From Balanoglossus misakiensis (Eukaryota > Animalia > Hemichordata), in the NCBI GenBank assembly GCA_040954595.2, contig CM082590.2, positions 11,487,015 to 11,551,014 of the forward strand: DNA of 64,000 nt. Reading direction: 5' to 3'. The translations under genes and the position numbers were made by a program. Under the pieces are notes generated by a model that searched no databases, had not been told where the DNA came from, and was given only the letters and a program-made list of their open reading frames with translations. Of this stretch, positions 55,101-64,000 are shown one piece after another. How positions within the stretch are numbered: position 1 is the first letter of the stretch; every line of letters begins with the position of its first letter.

Positions 55101-58100
55101 CGACCGCCAGGCTACGGCCGGGAGTGGAGGCCAACCTGATACCCAACCCCTTCGACCGCCAGGCTACGGCCGGGAGTGGAGGCCAACCTGATACCCAACC
55201 CCTTCGACCGCCAGGCTACGGCCGGGAGTGGAGGCCAACCTGATACCCAACCCCTTCGACCGCCAGGCTACGGCCGGGAGTGGAGGCCAACCTGATACCC
55301 AACCCCTTCGACCGCCAGGCTACGGCCGGGAGTGGAGGCCAACCTGATACCCAACCCCTTCGACCGCCAGGCTACGGCCGGGAGTGGAGGCCAACCTGAT
55401 ACCCAACCCCTTCGACCGCCAGGCTACGGCCGGGAGTGGAGGCCAACCTGATACCCAACCCCTTCGACCGCCAGGCTACGGCCGGGAGTGGAGGCCAACC
55501 TGATACCCAACCCCTTCGACCGCCAGGCTACGGCCGGGAGTGGAGGCCAACCTGATACCCAACCCCTTCGACCGCCAGGCTACGGCCGGGAGTGGAGGCC
55601 AACCTGATACCCAACCCCTTCGACCGCCAGGCTACGGCCGGGAGTGGAGGCCAACCTGATACCCAACCCCTACGACCGCCAGGCTACGGCCGGGAGTGGA
55701 GGCCAACCTGATACCCAACCCCTTCGACCGCCAGGCTACGGCCGGGAGTGGAGGCCAACCTGATACCCAACCCCTTCGACCGCCAGGCTACGGCCGGGAG
55801 TGGAGGCCAACCTGATACCCAACCCCTTCGACCGCCAGGCTACGGCCGGGAGTGGAGGCCAACCTGATACCCAACCCCTTCGACCGCCAGGCTACGGCCG
55901 GGAGTGGAGGCCAACCTGATACCCAACCCCTTCGACCGCCAGGCTACGGCCGGGAGTGGAGGCCAACCTGATACCCAACCCCTTCGACCGCCAGGCTACG
56001 GCCGGGAGTGGAGGCCAACCTGATACCCAACCCCTTCGACCGCCAGGCTACGGCCGGGAGTGGAGGCCAACCTGATACCCAACCCCTTCGACCGCCAGGC
56101 TACGGCCGGGAGTGGAGGCCAACCTGATACCCAACCCCTTCGACCGCCAGGCTACGGCCGGGAGTGGAGGCCAACCTGATACCCAACCCCTTCGACCGCC
56201 AGGCTACGGCCGGGAGTGGAGGCCAACCTGATACCCAACCCCTTCGACCGCCAGGCTACGGCCGGGAGTGGAGGCCAACCTGATACCCAACCCCTTCGAC
56301 CGCCAGGCTACGGCCGGGAGTGGAGGCCAACCTGATACCCAACCCCTTCGACCGCCAGGCTACGGCCGGGAGTGGAGGCCAACCTGATACCCAACCCCTT
56401 CGACCGCCAGGCTACGGCCGGGAGTGGAGGCCAACCTGATACCCAACCCCTTCGACCGCCAGGCTACGGCCGGGAGTGGAGGCCAACCTGATACCCAACC
56501 CCTTCGACCGCCAGGCTACGGCCGGGAGTGGAGGCCAACCTGATACCCAACCCCTTCGACCGCCAGGCTACGGCCGGGAGTGGAGGCCAACCTGATACCC
56601 AACCCCTTCGACCGCCAGGCTACGGCCGGGAGTGGAGGCCAACCTGATACCCAACCCCTTCGACCGCCAGGCTACGGCCGGGAGTGGAGGCCAACCTGAT
56701 ACCCAACCCCTTCGACCGCCAGGCTACGGCCGGGAGTGGAGGCCAACCTGATACCCAACCCCTTCGACCGCCAGGCTACGGCCGGGAGTGGAGGCCAACC
56801 TGATACCCAACCCCTTCGACCGCCAGGCTACGGCCGGGAGTGGAGGCCAACCTGATACCCAACCCCTTCGACCGCCAGGCTACGGCCGGGAGTGGAGGCC
56901 AACCTGATACCCAACCCCTTCGACCGCCAGGCTACGGCCGGGAGTGGAGGCCAACCTGATACCCAACCCCTTCGACCGCCAGGCTACGGCCGGGAGTGGA
57001 GGCCAACCTGATACCCAACCCCTTCGACCGCCAGGCTACGGCCGGGAGTGGAGGCCAACCTGATTCCCAACCCCTTCGACCGCCAGGCTACGGCCGGGAG
57101 TGGAGGCCAACCTGATTCCCAACCCCTTCGACCGCCAGGCTACGGCCGGGAGTGGAGGCCAACCTGATTCCCAACCCCTTCGACCGCCAGGCTACGGCCG
57201 GGAGTGGAGGCCAACCTGATACCCAACCCCTTCGACCGCCAGGCTACGGCCGGGAGTGGAGGCCAACCTGATACCCAACCCCTTCGACCGCCAGGCTACG
57301 GCCGGGAGTGGAGGCCAACCTGATACCCAACCCCTTCGACCGCCAGGCTACGGCCGGGAGTGGAGGCCAACCTGATACCCAACCCCTTCGACCGCCAGGC
57401 TACGGCCGGGAGTGGAGGCCAACCTGATACCCAACCCCTTCGACCGCCAGGCTACGGCCGGGAGTGGAGGCCAACCTGATACCCAACCCCTTCGACCGCC
57501 AGGCTACGGCCGGGAGTGGAGGCCAACCTGATACCCAACCCCTTCGACCGCCAGGCTACGGCCGGGAGTGGAGGCCAACCTGATACCCAACCCCTTCGAC
57601 CGCCAGGCTACGGCCGGGAGTGGAGGCCAACCTGATACCCAACCCCTTCGACCGCCAGGCTACGGCCGGGAGTGGAGGCCAACCTGATACCCAACCCCTT
57701 CGACCGCCAGGCTACGGCCGGGAGTGGAGGCCAACCTGATACCCAACCCCTTCGACCGCCAGGCTACGGCCGGGAGTGGAGGCCAACCTGATACCCAACC
57801 CCTTCGACCGCCAGGCTACGGCCGGGAGTGGAGGCCAACCTGATACCCAACCCCTTCGACCGCCAGGCTACGGCCGGGAGTGGAGGCCAACCTGATACCC
57901 AACCCCTTCGACCGCCAGGCTACGGCCGGGAGTGGAGGCCAACCTGATACCCAACCCCTTCGACCGCCAGGCTACGGCCGGGAGTGGAGGCCAACCTGAT
58001 ACCCAACCCCTTCGACCGCCAGGCTACGGCCGGGAGTGGAGGCCAACCTGATACCCAACCCCTTCGACCGCCAGGCTACGGCCGGGAGTGGAGGCCAACC

Positions 58101-60287
58101 TGATACCCAACCCCTTCGACCGCCAGGCTACGGCCGGGAGTGGAGGCCAACCTGATACCCAACCCCTTCGACCGCCAGGCTACGGCCGGGAGTGGAGGCC
58201 AACCTGATACCCAACCCCTTCGACCGCCAGGCTACGGCCGGGAGTGGAGGCCAACCTGATTCCCAACCCCTTCGACCGCCAGGCTACGGCCGGGAGTGGA
58301 GGCCAACCTGATACCCAACCCCTTCGACCGCCAGGCTACGGCCGGGAGTGGAGGCCAACCTGATACCCAACCCCTTCGACCGCCAGGCTACGGCCGGGAG
58401 TGGAGGCCAACCTGATACCCAACCCCTTCGACCGCCAGGCTACGGCCGGGAGTGGAGGCCAACCTGATACCCAACCCCTTCGACCGCCAGGCTACGGCCG
58501 GGAGTGGAGGCCAACCTGATACCCAACCCCTTCGACCGCCAGGCTACGGCCGGGAGTGGAGGCCAACCTGATACCCAACCCCTTCGACCGCCAGGCTACG
58601 GCCGGGAGTGGAGGCCAACCTGATACCCAACCCCTTCGACCGCCAGGCTACGGCCGGGAGTGGAGGCCAACCTGATACCCAACCCCTTCGACCGCCAGGC
58701 TACGGCCGGGAGTGGAGGCCAACCTGATACCCAACCCCTTCGACCGCCAGGCTACGGCCGGGAGTGGAGGCCAACCTGATACCCAACCCCTTCGACCGCC
58801 AGGCTACGGCCGGGAGTGGAGGCCAACCTGATACCCAACCCCTTCGACCGCCAGGCTACGGCCGGGAGTGGAGGCCAACCTGATACCCAACCCCTTCGAC
58901 CGCCAGGCTACGGCCGGAAGTGGAGGCCAACCTGATACCCAACCCCTTCGACCGCCAGGCTACGGCCGGAAGTGGAGGCCAACCTGATACCCAACCCCTT
59001 CGACCGCCAGGCTACGGCCGGAAGTGGAGGCCAACCTGATACCCAACCCCTTCGACCGCCAGGCTACGGCCGGAAGTGGAGGCCAACCTGATACCCAACC
59101 CCTTCGACCGCCAGGCTACGGCCGGAAGTGGAGGCCAACCTGATACCCAACCCCTTCGACCGCCAGGCTACGGCCGGAAGTGGAGGCCAACCTGATACCC
59201 AACCCCTTCGACCGCCAGGCTACGGCCGGAAGTGGAGGCCAACCTGATACCCAACCCCTTCGACCGCCAGGCTACGGCCGGAAGTGGAGGCCAACCTGAT
59301 ACCCAACCCCTTCGACCGCCAGGCTACGGCCGGAAGTGGAGGCCAACCTGATACCCAACCCCTTCGACCGCCAGGCTACGGCCGGAAGTGGAGGCCAACC
59401 TGATACCCAACCCCTTCGACCGCCAGGCTACGGCCGGAAGTGGAGGCCAACCTGATACCCAACCCCTTCGACCGCCAGGCTACGGCCGGAAGTGGAGGCC
59501 AACCTGATACCCAACCCCTTCGACCGCCAGGCTACGGCCGGAAGTGGAGGCCAACCTGATACCCAACCCCTTCGACCGCCAGGCTACGGCCGGAAGTGGA
59601 GGCCAACCTGATACCCAACCCCTTCGACCGCCAGGCTACGGCCGGAAGTGGAGGCCAACCTGATACCCAACCCCTTCGACCGCCAGGCTACGGCCGGAAG
59701 TGGAGGCCAACCTGATACCCAACCCCTTCGACCGCCAGGCTACGGCCGGAAGTGGAGGCCAACCTGATACCCAACCCCTTCGACCGCCAGGCTACGGCCG
59801 GAAGTGGAGGCCAACCTGATACCCAACCCCTTCGACCGCCAGGCTACGGCCGGAAGTGGAGGCCAACCTGATACCCAACCCCTTCGACCGCCAGGCTACG
59901 GCCGGAAGTGGAGGCCAACCTGATACCCAACCCCTTCGACCGCCAGGCTACGGCCGGAAGTGGAGGCCAACCTGATACCCAACCCCTTCGACCGCCAGGC
60001 TACGGCCGGAAGTGGAGGCCAACCTGATACCCAACCCCTTCGACCGCCAGGCTACGGCCGGAAGTGGAGGCCAACCTGATACCCAACCCCTTCGACCGCC
60101 AGGCTACGGCCGGAAGTGGAGGCCAACCTGATACCCAACCCCCTCGACCGCCAGGCTACGGCCGGAAGTGGAGGCCAACCTGATACCCAACCCCCTCGAC
60201 CGCCAGGCTACGGCCGGAAGTGGAGGCCAACCTGGCCCCCATTGACCGCGCCGTTACGACAGGAAGTGGAGGGCAACCCGGCCCCCT
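46141..60287. repeat. 52-bp CpG-rich subtelomeric minisatellite, ~270 copies in homogeneous variant blocks
   Basis: Unit ggccaacctgatacccaaccccttcgaccgccaggctacggccgg(aagt/gagt/cagc)gga. Clearly homologous to the 51-bp unit. Confidence 0.98.
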
Positions 60288-60295
60288 TAGAGTTC

Positions 60296-63200
60296 CAGTC
60301 TGGGGTTAGGATTAGGGTTAGGGCTCCAGTCCAGGGCTCCTCGGTTAGGATTAGGGTTAGGGTTGCAGTCTGGGGTTAGGATTAGGGTTAGGTCTCCAGT
60401 CCAGGGCTCCTCGGTTAGGATTAGGGTTAGGGTTGCAGTCTGGGGTTAGGATTAGGGTTAGGTCTCCAGTCCAGGGCTCCTCGGTTAGGATTAGGGTTAG
60501 GGTTGCAGTCTGGGGTTAGGATTAGGGTTAGGTCTCCAGTCCAGGGCTCCTCGTTTAGGATTAGGGTTAGGGTTGCAGTCTGGGGTTAGGATTAGGGTTA
60601 GGTCTCCAGTCCAGGGCTCCTCGGTTAGGATTAGGGTTAGGGTTGCAGTCTGGGGTTAGGATTAGGGTTAGGTCTCCAGTCCAGGGCTCCTCGGTTAGGA
60701 TTAGGGTTAGGGTTGCAGTCTGGGGTTAGGATTAGGGTTAGGTCTCCAGTCCAGGGCTCCTCGGTTAGGATTAGGGTTAGGGTTGCAGTCTGGGGTTAGG
60801 ATTAGGGTTAGGTCTCCAGTCCAGGGCTCCTCGGTTAGGATTAGGGTTAGGGTTGCAGTCTGGGGTTAGGATTAGGGTTAGGTCTCCAGTCCAGGGCTCC
60901 TCGGTTAGGATTAGGGTTAGGGTTGCAGTCTGGGGTTAGGATTAGGGTTAGGTCTCCAGTCCAGGGCTCCTCGGTTAGGATTAGGGTTAGGGTTGCAGTC
61001 TGGGGTTAGGATTAGGGTTAGGTCTCCAGTCCAGGGCTCCTCGGTTAGGATTAGGGTTAGGGTTGCAGTCTGGGGTTAGGATTAGGGTTAGGTCTCCAGT
61101 CCAGGGCTCCTCGGTTAGGATTAGGGTTAGGGTTGCAGTCTGGGGTTAGGATTAGGGTTAGGTCTCCAGTCCAGGGCTCCTCGGTTAGGATTAGGGTTAG
61201 GGTTGCAGTCTGGGGTTAGGATTAGGGTTAGGTCTCCAGTCCAGGGCTCCTCGGTTAGGATTAGGGTTAGGGTTGCAGTCTGGGGTTAGGATTAGGGTTA
61301 GGTCTCCAGTCCAGGGCTCCTCGGTTAGGATTAGGGTTAGGGTTGCAGTCTGGGGTTAGGATTAGGGTTAGGTCTCCAGTCCAGGGCTCCTCGGTTAGGA
61401 TTAGGGTTAGGGTTGCAGTCTGGGGTTAGGTCTCCAGTCCAGGGCTCCTCGGTTAGGATTAGGGTTAGGGTTGCAGTCTGGGGTTAGGTTAGGGTTTGGT
61501 CTCCAGTCCAGGGCTCCTCGGTTAGGATTAGGGTTAGGGTTGCAGTCTGGGGTTAGGATTAGGGTTAGGTCTCCAGTCCAGGGCTCCTCGGTTAGGATTA
61601 GGGTTAGGGTTGCAGTCTGGGGTTAGGATTAGGGTTAGGTCTCCAGTCCAGGGCTCCTCGGTTAGGATTAGGGTTAGGGTTGCAGTCTGGGGTTAGGATT
61701 AGGGTTAGGTCTCCAGTCCAGGGCTCCTCGGTTAGGATTAGGGTTAGGGTTGCAGTCTGGGGTTAGGATTAGGGTTAGGTCTCCAGTCCAGGGCTCCTCG
61801 GTTAGGATTAGGGTTAGGGTTGCAGTCTGGGGTTAGGATTAGGGTTAGGTCTCCAGTCCAGGGCTCCTCGGTTAGGATTAGGGTTAGGGTTGCAGTCTGG
61901 GGTTAGGATTAGGGTTAGGTCTCCAGTCCAGGGCTCCTCGGTTAGGATTAGGGTTAGGGTTGCAGTCTGGGGTTAGGATTAGGGTTAGGTCTCCAGTCCA
62001 GGGCTCCTCGGTTAGGATTAGGGTTAGGGTTGCAGTCTGGGGTTAGGATTAGGGTTAGGTCTCCAGTCCAGGGCTCCTCGGTTAGGATTAGGGTTAGGGT
62101 TGCAGTCTGGGGTTAGGATTAGGGTTAGGTCTCCAGTCCAGGGCTCCTCGGTTAGGATTAGGGTTAGGGTTGCAGTCTGGGGTTAGGATTAGGGTTAGGT
62201 CTCCAGTCCAGGGCTCCTCGGTTAGGATTAGGGTTAGGGTTGCAGTCTGGGGTTAGGTGGGTTAGGTCTCCAGTCCAGGGCTCCTCGGTTAGGATTAGGG
62301 TTAGGGTTGCAGTCTGGGGTTAGGTCTCCAGTCCAGGGCTCCTCGGTTAGGATTAGGGTTAGGGTTGCAGTCTGGGGTTAGGATTAGGGTTAGGTCTCCA
62401 GTCCAGGGCTCCTCGGTTAGGATTAGGGTTAGGGTTGCAGTCTGGGGTTAGGATTAGGGTTAGGTCTCCAGTCCAGGGCTCCTCGGTTAGGATTAGGGTT
62501 AGGGTTGCAGTCTGGGGTTAGGATTAGGGTTAGGTCTCCAGTCCAGGGCTCCTCGGTTAGGATTAGGGTTAGGGTTGCAGTCTGGGGTTAGGATTAGGGT
62601 TAGGTCTCCAGTCCAGGGCTCCTCGGTTAGGATTAGGGTTAGGGTTGCAGTCTGGGGTTAGGATTAGGGTTAGGTCTCCAGTCCAGGGCTCCTCGGTTAG
62701 GATTAGGGTTAGGGTTGCAGTCTGGGGTTAGGATTAGGGTTAGGTCTCCAGTCCAGGGCTCCTCGGTTAGGATTAGGGTTAGGGTTGCAGTCTGGGGTTA
62801 GGATTAGGGTTAGGTCTCCAGTCCAGGGCTCCTCGGTTAGGATTAGGGTTAGGGTTGCAGTCTGGGGTTAGGATTAGGGTTAGGTCTCCAGTCCAGGGCT
62901 CCTCGGTTAGGATTAGGGTTAGGGTTGCAGTCTGGGGTTAGGATTAGGGTTAGGTCTCCAGTCCAGGGCTCCTCGGTTAGGATTAGGGTTAGGGTTGCAG
63001 TCTGGGGTTAGGATTAGGGTTAGGTCTCCAGTCCAGGGCTCCTCGGTTAGGATTAGGGTTAGGGTTGCAGTCTGGGGTTAGGATTAGGGTTAGGTCTCCA
63101 GTCCAGGGCTCCTCGGTTAGGATTAGGGTTAGGGTTGCAGTCTGGGGTTAGGATTAGGGTTAGGTCTCCAGTCCAGGGCTCCTCGGTTAGGATTAGGGTT

Positions 63201-63681
63201 AGGGTTGCAGTCTGGGTTAGGATTAGGGTTAGGTCTCCAGTCCAGGGCTCCTCGGTTAGGATTAGGGTTAGGGTTGCAGTCTGGGGTTAGGATTAGGGTT
63301 AGGTCTCCAGTCCAGGGCTCCTCGGTTAGGATTAGGGTTAGGGTTGCAGTCTGGGGTTAGGATTAGGGTTAGGTCTCCAGTCCAGGGCTCCTCGGTTAGG
63401 ATTAGGGTTAGGGTTGCAGTCTGGGGTTAGGATTAGGGTTAGGTCTCCAGTCCAGGGCTCCTCGGTTAGGATTAGGGTTAGGGTTGCAGTCTGGGGTTAG
63501 GATTAGGGTTAGGTCTCCAGTCCAGGGCTCCTCGGTTAGGATTAGGGTTAGGGTTGCAGTCTGGGGTTAGGATTAGGGTTAGGTCTCCAGTCCAGGGCTC
63601 CTCGGTTAGGATTAGGGTTAGGGTTGCAGTCTGGGGTTAGGATTAGGGTTAGGTCTCCAGTCCAGGGGCTCCTCGGTTAGG
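60296..63681 (+). repeat. 70-bp telomere-associated repeat, ~48 copies, with embedded TTAGGG/TTAGGA
   Basis: Unit cagtctggggttaggattagggttaggtctccagtccagggctcctcggttaggattagggttagggttg. Copies are nearly identical, with 12-bp deletions near 61430 and 62324. Confidence 0.98.
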
Positions 63682-64000
63682 TTAGGGTTAGGGTTAGGGT
63701 TAGGGTTAGGGTTAGGGTTAGGGTTAGGGTTAGGGTTAGGGTTAGGGTTAGGGTTAGGGTTAGGGTTAGGGTTAGGGTTAGGGTTAGGGTTAGGGTTAGG
63801 GTTAGGGTTAGGGTTAGGGTTAGGGTTAGGGTTAGGGTTAGGGTTAGGGTTAGGGTTAGGGTTAGGGTTAGGGTTAGGGTTAGGGTTAGGGTTAGGGTTA
63901 GGGTTAGGGTTAGGGTTAGGGTTAGGGTTAGGGTTAGGGTTAGGGTTAGGGTTAGGGTTAGGGTTAGGGTTAGGGTTAGGGGGGGGGGTTAGGGTTAGGG
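63682..64000 (+). repeat. Telomere, (TTAGGG)n, ~50 perfect repeats
   Basis: Uninterrupted TTAGGG from 63682 to about 63981, with the G-rich strand running 5'->3' to the window end, as expected for a chromosome terminus. Confidence 0.97.

Noticed and set aside
13788-60287. CRISPR-like periodicity of 46-52 bp
   Set aside because: There are no unique spacers or cas genes, and the context is a eukaryotic telomere.
63978-63990. Poly-G interruption in the telomere
   Set aside because: It lies at the extreme end of the sequence and is typical of a base-calling or consensus error.

Overview
This window is a eukaryotic, most likely animal, chromosome end read towards the telomere, and almost all of it is tandem repeat. 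From left to right: (1) an AT-rich nested macrosatellite (about 1.79-kb constant part plus a variable number of 260-bp monomers; 1-13.5 kb); (2) a 30-kb satellite of 46-bp monomers organised mostly as a 138-bp trimeric higher-order repeat (13.8-44.0 kb); (3) a 1.4-kb unique island with two cleanly spliceable minus-strand exons encoding a stand-alone P2X7 C-terminal 'ballast'-type Cys-rich domain; (4) a CpG-rich 51/52-bp minisatellite of about 15 kb with ETS-type CCGGAAGTG motifs, preceded by a YY1-type motif; (5) a 3.4-kb array of a 70-bp unit mixing TTAGGG/TTAGGA repeats with fixed non-telomeric linkers; (6) about 300 bp of pure (TTAGGG)n. Nearly all long ORFs in the supplied track are artefacts of repeat periods divisible by 3. 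There is no sign of prokaryotic genes, CRISPR arrays, rRNA or tRNA. All coordinates and counts were read by eye.
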